DNA from: Candidatus Omnitrophota bacterium
GTDB lineage: Bacteria > Omnitrophota > Gorgyraeia > Aquiviventales > Aquiviventaceae
Assembly (NCBI GenBank): GCA_023247255.1
Contig: JAHFGV010000007.1
Location: forward strand, 6,602-70,601
Reading direction: 5' to 3'
DNA length: 64,000 bases
Part shown: positions 1 through 8,836 of the stretch, in pieces
Numbering within the stretch: position 1 is the stretch's first letter
Layout of the letters: each line of letters begins with the position of its first letter
Position numbers and translations under genes: made by a program
The notes under the pieces: generated by a model
The model's input: only the letters and a program-made list of their open reading frames with translations
Told to the model about the DNA's origin: nothing
The model's database searches: none

Positions 1-1
1 A

Positions 2-499
2 TCGATCGCATTCCCCCGGACTCAGACCAAGCAGTCTTTTGACTTTAGCTTCAGTGGTCTCAAGACCGCCGTCTACCAATATATTCGATCCCACACTCGA
101 CCCACATCCGAAGGCCACAAGGCCGAGGTTGTGCCGCCTCAATCGGGTGGGCAGGATGCAGAAGACTCCCCACTAAGTTCTCAAGCGATTTCAGATATTG
201 CTGCCAGTTTTCAGGAAACGGTGGTGGAAACTTTGGTGACGAAAACGCTTCGGGCGTGTCAGCGCACGGGATTGCGCGATGTTGTCGTCGGAGGTGGGGT
301 GGCATCCAACCGTCGTCTGAGGGAGCGTTTGAAGGAGGAAGCCTCATCGAAAAAATATCGGGTGATTTTTCCTCCACCCGGCTTATGCGTGGATAACGGG
401 GCTATGGTGGCTGGCCTGGGCTTTTCGCTGTTGCAACGAGGAAAACTCGCACCCCTGAATCTGGCGATCGATCCGAACCTGTGTTTAGCGACGCAATGA
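2..499 (+). CDS. tsaD: tRNA N6-adenosine threonylcarbamoyltransferase TsaD, 3' part (runs off window start)
   Basis: Frame open from base 2: FDFSFSGLKTA, DIAASFQ, GGGVASN, C-x-DNGAMVA motifs. Confidence 0.95.
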   Translation, partial: SIAFPRTQTKQSFDFSFSGLKTAVYQYIRSHTRPTSEGHKAEVVPPQSGGQDAEDSPLSSQAISDIAASFQETVVETLVTKTLRACQRTGLRDVVVGGGVASNRRLRERLKEEASSKKYRVIFPPPGLCVDNGAMVAGLGFSLLQRGKLAPLNLAIDPNLCLATQ

Positions 500-1155
500 C
501 GGATCTTGTTGTCTTCCAACGATTGTTACTCAGTGCCTTCCTCGCTGGGCTTATCGGCTATGAGCGCGAGCGGGTCGGACGGGCGGCTGGTTTTCGCACG
601 CATATCCTGGTAGGAGTGGGGTCTTGTCTAGTGATGCTTACCGGTCTTGCGCTGGATGAGCAGCTCAGCCAACACAGCCATTTCGATCCCACTCGAATGG
701 CGGCTCAGGTCGTCAGTGGAATCGGGTTTTTGGGAGCCGGGACCATATTGCGGTTTCGGGCTTCGGTGCGTGGTCTAACCACTGCAGCCAGCCTTTGGGC
801 CGTCGGAGGAATTGGCTTGGCGATCGGCGCGGGGTTCTTCATAGGGGGTATCCTCACAGGTGTCATTGTGGTTCTCAGTCTGGTGGTTCTCTCACGCTTG
901 GAGCGGATAATTCGAAAGGAATGGAGCCACACCTTGGTCGTTGAGACTCAGACATTGCGGGAGGATTTGGCGCACATCCAGAAGGTCCTTGAGGATTACG
1001 ATGTCGCAATCCAGAAGTTTGAGATCGCATCAGGGGCAAGCCCTAACTGTTCCTCTATCCGTTTCCAAGTGAAACTCTTCTCCGACAGCCATCAGGAAGA
1101 AATCTTGCGGGAGCTCTTGCGTCTGGAGGGTGTGAAACAGGCACAGTGGATGTGA
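496..1155 (+). CDS. MgtC/SapB family membrane protein with C-terminal ACT-like domain
   Basis: IGYERE..AGFRTH, DPTRMAAQVVSGIGFLGAG, GLTTAASLW; ATGA overlap with tsaD stop. Confidence 0.93.
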   Translation: MTDLVVFQRLLLSAFLAGLIGYERERVGRAAGFRTHILVGVGSCLVMLTGLALDEQLSQHSHFDPTRMAAQVVSGIGFLGAGTILRFRASVRGLTTAASLWAVGGIGLAIGAGFFIGGILTGVIVVLSLVVLSRLERIIRKEWSHTLVVETQTLREDLAHIQKVLEDYDVAIQKFEIASGASPNCSSIRFQVKLFSDSHQEEILRELLRLEGVKQAQWM

Positions 1156-1340
1156 GCCGTCATCTCAAAATCCCACGGGTCGATTCAAGGCATTCCGATG
1201 GGATAGGGAACAAGGGACCGTCGATTGCCGATTTTTGATTGTCGATTGAAAAACGAAAAACAAGAAAATGGCGATTGCAGATTGATTCTGCGGAGCGTTC
1301 GGGATGTTGCACACGCCGGGGGGCGGGAGGGAGGCAAAAG

Positions 1341-1871
1341 ATGGGTTTTCGACAGAAGCAAGATGAGCTTAAAACGGAGCGCTGGCTTGAGGTCGATGCA
1401 AGCATGACAGGGACATTGACGTTTAAGGATCCGGTCAATCTCCGAATCAATGGCCGATTTGAGGGAGCCTTGGAAACCAAAGGGGTTTTGTTCCTTGGAG
1501 AAAAAGCATATGTGCAAGCGATCATCACAGGGGAATCCTTGACCATAGGCGGGACGCTTAAAGGCGAGATTGTGGCGAGCAGCCGCATTGAGATGCTTTC
1601 TACCGCTCATGTGAGCGGGAAGATCTCCAGTCCACGCATCATCATGCACGATGGCGCGGTTCTTCAGGGAACTGTCGAGATGCAACCGGAACGCAACAGC
1701 GGATGGATGAGCCCCGAGGAATTGGCCCGGTATCTTGAAGTCGATGTCTCCACCGTCATAGAATGGGCACAGCAGGGGCGCCTTCCCGCACAGAAACAGG
1801 ATAATCAATGGCGCTTTGAGCGGGCCAAGATTGAGCAGTGGCTGGCTCAAGAGAAGATTAAGAACACCTAA
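1341..1871 (+). CDS. Bactofilin (polymer-forming cytoskeletal) domain fused to excisionase/MerR-like HTH (HTH_17)
   Basis: Bactofilin beta-helix LRINGRFEG..LGEKAYVQA..IGGTLKGEI..GAVLQGTVEM; C-terminal MSPEELARYLEVDVSTVIEWAQQGRLPA..QWRF; GGAGG RBS before ATG 1341. Confidence 0.85.
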   Translation: MGFRQKQDELKTERWLEVDASMTGTLTFKDPVNLRINGRFEGALETKGVLFLGEKAYVQAIITGESLTIGGTLKGEIVASSRIEMLSTAHVSGKISSPRIIMHDGAVLQGTVEMQPERNSGWMSPEELARYLEVDVSTVIEWAQQGRLPAQKQDNQWRFERAKIEQWLAQEKIKNT

Positions 1872-2142
1872 CATAATGAAAACGTGACTGCGCTGGGATT
1901 AGATGCAAGCTGCGCAAGGCGCGAGGAGGAAGGCATATCATGCGGCAAGCGATATGGCGACGACGAGCAACGCAGCGAAGCGAAGCAGATAAGCCCAGCC
2001 CTTCGGGTTGCGGCGAAAACTGCCCATCTGCTGCGTCACTCCTCCTGTGCGTATCGCTATGCTTATACGCCATCGTCGTCGTTCCTTGCATCTGGGCAGT
2101 TTTCGCCGCAACGCAGCCATGTTTTCATTATGTTAGGTGCTC
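1862..2142. mobile_element. MITE family C, 281 bp
   Basis: TIRs GAACACCTAACATAATGAAAAC / GTTTTCATTATGTTAGGTGCTC; TAA duplicated at 1859-1861 and 2143-2145; internal palindromes. Confidence 0.85.
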
Positions 2143-2165
2143 TAAACATAATGGTGGATAACCGT

Positions 2166-3170
2166 ATGCGCGTACTCATCACAGGTGGAGCAGGATTCAT
2201 CGGTTCACATTTGACAGAGGCCCTGCTGAAACGGGGGGATTCGGTAACTATCGTTGACAACCTTTCAACCGGCCGTTATGAAAACGTGGCTCATCTGGAC
2301 GGGCAGCCCGCATTTCAACCGGTCATTGGTTCCATCCTCAATGAATCCTTGATTGACAAAGTCGTGGAACGCTGTGACGTCGTTTTTCACTTGGCGGCGG
2401 CCGTGGGGGTGGAGCTGATCATCGAACATCCCCTCGAATCCCTCATGACCAACATCCGCGGCAGTGAAATCGTCCTGGAAATGGCCCATCGGTATCGAAG
2501 AAAAGTCCTTATCGCCTCCACATCGGAAATCTATGGAAAGAACACCCATGGACCGCTGCGTGAGGATACGGATCGTGTGCTCGGTTCGCCGCTCAAAACT
2601 CGATGGAGCTATTCCACTTCAAAGGCCGTTGATGAAATCTTGGGCTATGTCTATTGGAAGGAAAAACAGGTTCCGATCGTCATCGTACGGCTTTTCAACA
2701 CGGTGGGGCCGCGACAGAGCGGAGCCTATGGGATGGTCATTCCCCGATTCGTCAGCCAAGCCCTTCGAGGGGAACCGCTCCAGGTCCACGGCACAGGGAA
2801 ACAGTCGCGGTGTTTCTTGCACGTAAAAGATGTGGTGGCTGCTCTCATCAAGCTCATCGATCACCCCGCAGCAGTGGGAGAAGTGTTCAACCTGGGCAGC
2901 CAAGAGGAAGTGACCGTCGAGGCGCTCGCCCGTCGGGTGATCGCGATTACGCAAAGCCCATCGCCCATTCTGTTCGTCCCTTATGAAGAGGCGTACGAGG
3001 AAGGCTACGAAGACATGCCCAGGCGCGTTCCGGATATCAGCAAGATTCAAAATTTGATCGGATTTCAACCGACGATGAATTTGGACCAGATCATCCAAAG
3101 CGTCGTCGACAGCGTGCGCCAATCCCCAGCGGCTGTTTCCGAAAAAAGACCTGATTCGGGAGGCTCATGA
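2166..3170 (+). CDS. NAD-dependent nucleotide-sugar epimerase/dehydratase (extended SDR)
   Basis: ITGGAGFIGS, STSEIYG, YSTSK (YxxxK), RLFNTVGPRQ; the upstream extension in the ORF track runs through the MITE. Confidence 0.92.
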   Translation: MRVLITGGAGFIGSHLTEALLKRGDSVTIVDNLSTGRYENVAHLDGQPAFQPVIGSILNESLIDKVVERCDVVFHLAAAVGVELIIEHPLESLMTNIRGSEIVLEMAHRYRRKVLIASTSEIYGKNTHGPLREDTDRVLGSPLKTRWSYSTSKAVDEILGYVYWKEKQVPIVIVRLFNTVGPRQSGAYGMVIPRFVSQALRGEPLQVHGTGKQSRCFLHVKDVVAALIKLIDHPAAVGEVFNLGSQEEVTVEALARRVIAITQSPSPILFVPYEEAYEEGYEDMPRRVPDISKIQNLIGFQPTMNLDQIIQSVVDSVRQSPAAVSEKRPDSGGS

Positions 3171-5017
3171 ATCCAGAAATACCCACGGCATCCCATTCCG
3201 AAACCCTGATCCAATTTTCTCGCATGGTCCTTGCCGCGGCAACGGCCTACTTGTTCACCGTGTTTCTGACACCCTTGGTACGAACGGTTGCTGTTCGATC
3301 CGGATGGCTGTCCAAACCGGTCGAGGACCGATGGGGCAAGCGTGTGATTGCCCGCTGCGGGGGAGTGGCCATGTTCGGAGCCTTCATGGCGTCAGCGGTC
3401 GCTTGGATACCGCTGGGTCAAGCACCCATCGGTCTGTTCATCGGCAGCGCTTTGATTTTCGCCCTGGGACTTTTGGACGATTTGCACCGGTTGTTTCCTT
3501 ACACGAAGCTCATTGCCCAATTGCTGATCGGTTGCGTGGTTGTGTTCAGCGGTATACACATTGACCTGGAATCCTGGCGGTGGCTTTCCATCCCCATCTC
3601 GGTACTGTGGCTGGTATTGATCATTAACGCCTTCAACCTGCTCGACAACATGGATGGCTTGGCTGCGGGGGTTGGCGCATTGGCTGCTGCGTTCTGCGCT
3701 TTTCACGCGGCACACTCCCAGCAATGGGTTCTGGTGTTGCTGGCATCCATTCTCTGTGGCAGTTGTATCGGCTTTTTGCACTTCAATTTTCCTCCTGCAA
3801 AAATTTTTATGGGAGACTCCGGAAGCCACTTTCTGGGCTTGAGCTTGGCCATCATGGGTCTTCTGGGAAGCTGGCACCATTCCACCCAACTGCTCAGCGT
3901 TTTGGCTCTTCCATCTTTAGTCCTGGCAGTGCCGATCTTTGACACCTGCTTTGTGACTATCCAACGGTTACTCCATCGGCAACACCCTTTCACTGGAGGA
4001 ACGGATCATGTATCGCATCGGCTGGCGATTCTTGGACTGAGCACGCGCCAAACCGTTCTGAGCCTGTACGCAATCAGCGCATGCCTGGGGATATTGAGTG
4101 TGATCACCGCCGGACTGAAACCCTTGCCGGCCTTAATGAGTTGGCTGGTCGTCTTGAGCCTGCTGGTTTTATTCGGACAGTATCTGGCTCGGGTCAAGGT
4201 ATACCATATCCAGCGGGAACCGATTCAGACCCAGCAGATGGCCATCGGCAGTTCTGCGGCAACACTCATCGATACCATGTTGGTGCACAAGCGCCGCCTG
4301 ATGGAAATCTTGGTGGACTTTGTATTGGTGAGCAGCGCTTATGTATTTGCTCATCTGTTGCGATTTGAAGGCTTGCTGACGGCGGATTTACAACGGCTCA
4401 TCGTCCAGTCCCTGCCGATACTGCTGGTCATCAAACTTGTCTGTTTCTGGAGCCATGGATTGTATCGCGGGGTGTGGCGGTATCTGAGTCTTTCGGATTT
4501 GTTTTCCATTTTTAAGGCCGTGACCATCGGATCGATCTTCTCATCCCTGGCGCTGCTGTATCTGTGGCGATTTGAGGGCTATTCACGCGCGGTGTCGATC
4601 ATCGATTGGTTGCTGTGCCTGTTTGCCGTGGGAGGCTCTCGCGTGGTGGAACGTGTGCTGGATGAATGGATACACACGGCAGCCGTTGAGCAGGGGGTGC
4701 CTATCTTGATCATCGGAGCCGGAGATACGGGGGAACGGGTGGCCCGGTATCTAAAATCCGAAGGAAACAAAAAACAACGGGTGATCGGTTTTCTGGATGA
4801 TGACCCCATCAAGCAGGGAAGCCGGATCCATGGTTTCACTGTGCTGGGGACGAGTAGCCATCTGGCTGGGGTGCTCAAAAGTTTTCGAGTCCGTCAAGTG
4901 TTCATTGCTATCAAGGACCCACCTGGGAATCTCCTTCAGCATGTGCAACTCTGCTGTGAGCCGGATGGCATTGCCTGGCAGGTGGTTACCGCGGGTGTAA
5001 CAACGGCTGTGGGATGA
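3167..5017 (+). CDS. MraY/WecA-family undecaprenyl-phosphate glycosyl-1-phosphate transferase fused to a CapD/WbpM-like N-terminal membrane + Rossmann module
   Basis: GLLDD, NAFNLLDNMDG, IFMGDSGS, DHVSHRL; then LYRGVWRY, IIGAGDTG, IGFLDDDP. Confidence 0.88.
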   Translation: MNPEIPTASHSETLIQFSRMVLAAATAYLFTVFLTPLVRTVAVRSGWLSKPVEDRWGKRVIARCGGVAMFGAFMASAVAWIPLGQAPIGLFIGSALIFALGLLDDLHRLFPYTKLIAQLLIGCVVVFSGIHIDLESWRWLSIPISVLWLVLIINAFNLLDNMDGLAAGVGALAAAFCAFHAAHSQQWVLVLLASILCGSCIGFLHFNFPPAKIFMGDSGSHFLGLSLAIMGLLGSWHHSTQLLSVLALPSLVLAVPIFDTCFVTIQRLLHRQHPFTGGTDHVSHRLAILGLSTRQTVLSLYAISACLGILSVITAGLKPLPALMSWLVVLSLLVLFGQYLARVKVYHIQREPIQTQQMAIGSSAATLIDTMLVHKRRLMEILVDFVLVSSAYVFAHLLRFEGLLTADLQRLIVQSLPILLVIKLVCFWSHGLYRGVWRYLSLSDLFSIFKAVTIGSIFSSLALLYLWRFEGYSRAVSIIDWLLCLFAVGGSRVVERVLDEWIHTAAVEQGVPILIIGAGDTGERVARYLKSEGNKKQRVIGFLDDDPIKQGSRIHGFTVLGTSSHLAGVLKSFRVRQVFIAIKDPPGNLLQHVQLCCEPDGIAWQVVTAGVTTAVG

Positions 5018-6270
5018 TCCTGACAGTACTCGGGACGCTTGCGCAATTTCTTCAGACGTTTGGGTTGGGGGCTCTGCTTTTGCTATTGCCGTTTTCAAAT
5101 GCAGCCATCGAAATTTCCTTCGGCTTTTTGCTCATCGGTTGGCTGCTGGAAAGAATCCTGCCGCAAACGCGCAAGCAGACGATCTGGGTTGGGCCTAAAC
5201 TCCGTCCCTTACGCCTGGCATTGATCGGATTTCTATTTGCCTGTGCATTGTCCCTGAGCGTCAGCCGGCATCCTCTGTTGAGCGTCCAAGGTCTGGTGGA
5301 TAAATGGCTGGAGTACCTGCTGTTTTTTGTGATCGTCGCAGACGTCATTCATGGACATCCCCGTCGACTCCGATGGGGGCTGCTCATTCTGTCTTTGTCG
5401 GCGTCCCTGGTCGTGGTTGAAGCTGTCTCTCAGGAAGTTTGGGGTAAAGGCTGGTTTCGCGGCTATCCTCTCAAAATGTTCACCCGAATGACGGGTCCCT
5501 ATGAAAACCCCATTGATCTTGCGATTTACCTCATGGTCATGATTCCCATACTGTGGGCATATGCGAATACGCAACGGGCCGTTTTCCGATGGATGAGCTG
5601 GGGATTGTTGGCGGCGTTAGTCCTGTGCCTGGCCAGAACCGAAGCCGCAGGAACCTGGTGGGGATTATCCATCGGAATGTTCGTTGTGATTCTCAAAAGT
5701 CGTCTATTACGCTGGCAGGCGTGGATCCTGTTGACTGTGGTACTTTTGTCCGGTGGCATTGTGCTTGTGCGAATCGGGCAGTTCGGGTCTGCTCTATCGA
5801 TCTCGGAATTAGGGAAGGTCGACCGATGGATGATGTGGCAGGCGGCTATCGGAATGATTCGCAATCGACCCTGGCTCGGGCAGGGACTCAATACCTTCAT
5901 GGCCAACTATTTGGATTATTGGGTAGGGGGAGAGCGCCAGCCCCGCTACGCACACAACTGTTATCTTCAGGTTGCTGCGGAAACCGGTCTGATCGGATTG
6001 GGACTTTTCCTTTGCCTCTTATGGTTTCTGTTCACTCGGATCTCTCCAAAACCTCACCAGTCAACCCCGACATTTCAACTGCTTCTGGGATTCTTTGGAG
6101 CCCTGATCGCCTACGCCCTTCATGCGGGAATCGATACCGACTTCTACTCTTTGCGCCAGGCCACTCTCTTTTGGACGATGGCGGGACTTGCCCTAGGACT
6201 TCACGAAAGCGCACCCTCCCCAGCCATCCCTCTGACTCCACAACCAGCCCTGGAATTATCCAGATCATAG
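5014..6270 (+). CDS. O-antigen ligase (WaaL-like) family membrane protein
   Basis: Multi-TM; RWMMWQAAIGMIRNRPWLGQG, AHNCYLQVAAETGLIG. Confidence 0.9.
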   Translation: MILTVLGTLAQFLQTFGLGALLLLLPFSNAAIEISFGFLLIGWLLERILPQTRKQTIWVGPKLRPLRLALIGFLFACALSLSVSRHPLLSVQGLVDKWLEYLLFFVIVADVIHGHPRRLRWGLLILSLSASLVVVEAVSQEVWGKGWFRGYPLKMFTRMTGPYENPIDLAIYLMVMIPILWAYANTQRAVFRWMSWGLLAALVLCLARTEAAGTWWGLSIGMFVVILKSRLLRWQAWILLTVVLLSGGIVLVRIGQFGSALSISELGKVDRWMMWQAAIGMIRNRPWLGQGLNTFMANYLDYWVGGERQPRYAHNCYLQVAAETGLIGLGLFLCLLWFLFTRISPKPHQSTPTFQLLLGFFGALIAYALHAGIDTDFYSLRQATLFWTMAGLALGLHESAPSPAIPLTPQPALELSRS

Positions 6271-6271
6271 A

Positions 6272-7294
6272 TTGAAGAGGTGCCGCGTGTTAGCCATTCG
6301 AAACGTTCGCCAGGTGCTTTTCATTCGCACGGACCGTCTGGGGGAAACGATTCTGAATCTTCCTGCGGTCGCCTGCTTAAAATCTGACCTGCCCACTGCC
6401 TCGCTGAGTGTTTTGGTTCAACCTAAAATGGCTTCACTGATAGCCGATGCCCCGGGCGTGGATCGGGTGCTTTCTTATGATGAATACTCGAAGGCTTCCT
6501 GGTGGTATCGAGCCTTCAATCTTGCCAATCGTCTTCGGCCACACGGCTTTGAGCTGGCAATCGTTTCCAACCCAAGGAAGGAGTCGCACCTGGCAGTCTG
6601 GCTCGCTGGTATTCCCATTCGCGTCGGATACAGTAGAAAATGGGATTTCTTGCTGACGCACCGTCTGGCTGAGCGCAAGGCGCTTGGCGATCGTCACGAA
6701 GTCGAGTATAATCTTGACCTTGTGACATGCCTGGGTCTGGACCGAACCGTTCCCCAGTGGCAGTTTCCCCGTTTTCAGAAAGAGCAGGAAGAAATCCGAC
6801 CTTTGCTTGAGCGGCAAGGCGTTCGGCTCGAAGATCCCTTTGTCGCCGTGCATCCCTTAAGCTCAACGCCCCAGAAGCTCTGGCCATTGGCTCGGTTTCA
6901 AACCTTGATCCAGAAGGTCTCTCAACAGTTACGCACCCCTGTGGTGGTGGTCGGTTCAGAGCCGTGGGAATTATCAGGCAGCGAGCATCGGATGAGCGTG
7001 GAGGGCGTGGTCAATCTTACCACACGCTTGAATCTTCGACAACTTGCGGCAGTGTTGCAATGCGCTCGGGTGTTAATATCCAGTGATAGCGGCCCCGTCC
7101 ATCTGGCTGCTGCGTTAAAAACCTCAACACTCGTTTTGTTTGGAAGTCCCCATGCCTGGGCGGGACCAACCCGATGGGGTCCTTGGGGTCAAGGCCACGC
7201 GATCGTGTGGAAACCCTCGATGGAAGCAATCACTGTGGAAGAGGTGTTTGCGACGCTTCAGTCCATGCTGGGATCTCGGCTGCAGAGCAGATGA
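6272..7294 (+). CDS. Glycosyltransferase family 9 (LPS heptosyltransferase-like)
   Basis: RTDRLGE, KLWP, SSDSGPVHLAAA, LFG. Confidence 0.9.
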   Translation: MKRCRVLAIRNVRQVLFIRTDRLGETILNLPAVACLKSDLPTASLSVLVQPKMASLIADAPGVDRVLSYDEYSKASWWYRAFNLANRLRPHGFELAIVSNPRKESHLAVWLAGIPIRVGYSRKWDFLLTHRLAERKALGDRHEVEYNLDLVTCLGLDRTVPQWQFPRFQKEQEEIRPLLERQGVRLEDPFVAVHPLSSTPQKLWPLARFQTLIQKVSQQLRTPVVVVGSEPWELSGSEHRMSVEGVVNLTTRLNLRQLAAVLQCARVLISSDSGPVHLAAALKTSTLVLFGSPHAWAGPTRWGPWGQGHAIVWKPSMEAITVEEVFATLQSMLGSRLQSR

Positions 7295-8418
7295 AATTGT
7301 CCACTCCCCAACGTATCCTGATCGTGAATCCTTTTGGCATCGGTGACATCTTGTTCACCACACCGGTCATTCGTGCGCTGCGGCGAGCGTTTCCTAAAAG
7401 TTGGATTGGCTACTTGTGCAATCGCAGAACAGAGCGGATATTGCGTAACAATCCCCACCTGAATGAATTGTTCATATACGAGAAAGACGAAATGATCCAG
7501 GTTTGGCGAGACTCACCCGGGCGGGGCCTGCATGTGCTAGCCGAATTTCTCCATCGCATCCATCAGGCGCGCATCGATCTGGCCGTTGACCTTTCGTTGG
7601 GGGAGCGTTACGGCATGATTCTTCAAATCATCGGAGTTCCTAAGCGGATAGGGTTCAATTTCCGTAACCGCGGTCGTTTTCTCACGGAACGGCTTTCCAT
7701 CGACGGCTACCAAGATTATCACGTAGTGGAATACTATCGAAAGCTCCTTCGGTTCATTGGCGTGGAGCTGCTGGATCCTTCCACGGAATTGCACGTGTCG
7801 GATGAGGATAAACAGTGGGCAGAGGCGCAACTGCGTCAGCGCAACCTTGCAAGCCATCGTCCTTTAGTGGGCATCGTACCCGCCGGCGGGCTGAGCTGGG
7901 GAGGGGGTGCTTTTTTCAGACGATGGCATTGCGAAGGGTTTGCCGCGGTTGCGGATGCACTGGTGGAGCAATATAATGCCGCGGTGATCCTTTTCGGGGA
8001 AACCCCAGACTGTTCCACTTGTGCCACAGTGAGTCGCCTGATGCATCATCCGGCCGTCGATTTGAGCGGCCAAACGACCTTAGATCAATTCGTCAGCCTC
8101 TTAGGCCGTTTGAATTTGGTCATCTGCAACGATGGAGGACCGCTGCATCTGGCCGTGAGCCAAGGCGTCAAGACGGTTTCCATCTTTGGACCCGTTGATC
8201 CTCAGGTCTATGGGCCGTTTTCCACTCGTCCTTCCTCGCATCGTGTGGTTTTCAGAGAGGACCTACCCTGTCGTCCCTGTTACCATCGATTCAAGCTTCC
8301 ACCCTGCCCTTATGAAAGGGCATGTCTAACCACCATTAGTCCTGAAGAAGTCCTCCAGGCTTGTAGCCCTCTTCTTTCAGAGAGCGCAACACCACTCTTT
8401 AGGCCCATTGATGACTGA
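7291..8418 (+). CDS. Glycosyltransferase family 9 (heptosyltransferase II-like)
   Basis: PFGIGD, RRW, CNDGGPLHLA, IFGP, CRPC..C..C motif. Confidence 0.9.
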   Translation: MKLSTPQRILIVNPFGIGDILFTTPVIRALRRAFPKSWIGYLCNRRTERILRNNPHLNELFIYEKDEMIQVWRDSPGRGLHVLAEFLHRIHQARIDLAVDLSLGERYGMILQIIGVPKRIGFNFRNRGRFLTERLSIDGYQDYHVVEYYRKLLRFIGVELLDPSTELHVSDEDKQWAEAQLRQRNLASHRPLVGIVPAGGLSWGGGAFFRRWHCEGFAAVADALVEQYNAAVILFGETPDCSTCATVSRLMHHPAVDLSGQTTLDQFVSLLGRLNLVICNDGGPLHLAVSQGVKTVSIFGPVDPQVYGPFSTRPSSHRVVFREDLPCRPCYHRFKLPPCPYERACLTTISPEEVLQACSPLLSESATPLFRPIDD

Positions 8419-8836
8419 TCCGATTGTTATGCCTCATCGATGCATCATCCTGTCACTAGTCGAGCGAAGCTGGCAAGCGGCCAGGGAATATTCGCTCGAT
8501 GCCCAAAGGCAAGGTTTCTCAACCATCCATTTGGTGAAAGGATGTTTGAGTCCAGACGTCCGTGCGCTGATCCAGCCTCATGATCGCATACGAATCATCA
8601 GTGTCGCACGGTATTTGTTCCGCCCAGCGGTGGGGTTGTCGGTGTTGGGATTTTTGTTTACAGGCAGGCTTTGCCGGCTGCTTGTGGACAATGAACGCTC
8701 CTTCCAACGGCTGAGCCGTTTTTTCCCTAGCCGGTTGATGAAAAACTCACGGGATACCCAGCCTGCTGATAGGTGGGGCGTCAGGATCACCTGGGTAGGC
8801 AAGACCTCAACCGATGCGCCTAGCCCTGATCTTTGA
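8408..8836 (+). CDS. Hypothetical protein
   Basis: ORF overlaps both neighbours in the operon; no motif recognised. Confidence 0.55.
   Translation: MMTDPIVMPHRCIILSLVERSWQAAREYSLDAQRQGFSTIHLVKGCLSPDVRALIQPHDRIRIISVARYLFRPAVGLSVLGFLFTGRLCRLLVDNERSFQRLSRFFPSRLMKNSRDTQPADRWGVRITWVGKTSTDAPSPDL
8731..8765. repeat. Minimal family-B MITE remnant, in frame within the hypothetical ORF
   Basis: CTAG|CCGGTTGATGAAAAACTC...CAGCCTG|CTGA resembles family-B ends. Confidence 0.5.

Noticed and set aside
1185-1874. 229-aa minus-strand ORF (likewise 13258-13713 +, 40248-40973 -, 47786-48523 -, 62905-63531 -)
   Set aside because: Antisense shadows of well-supported genes with no recognisable motifs
1884-2165. 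N-terminal extension of the epimerase in the ORF track
   Set aside because: Runs through MITE C; homology starts at MRVLITGG
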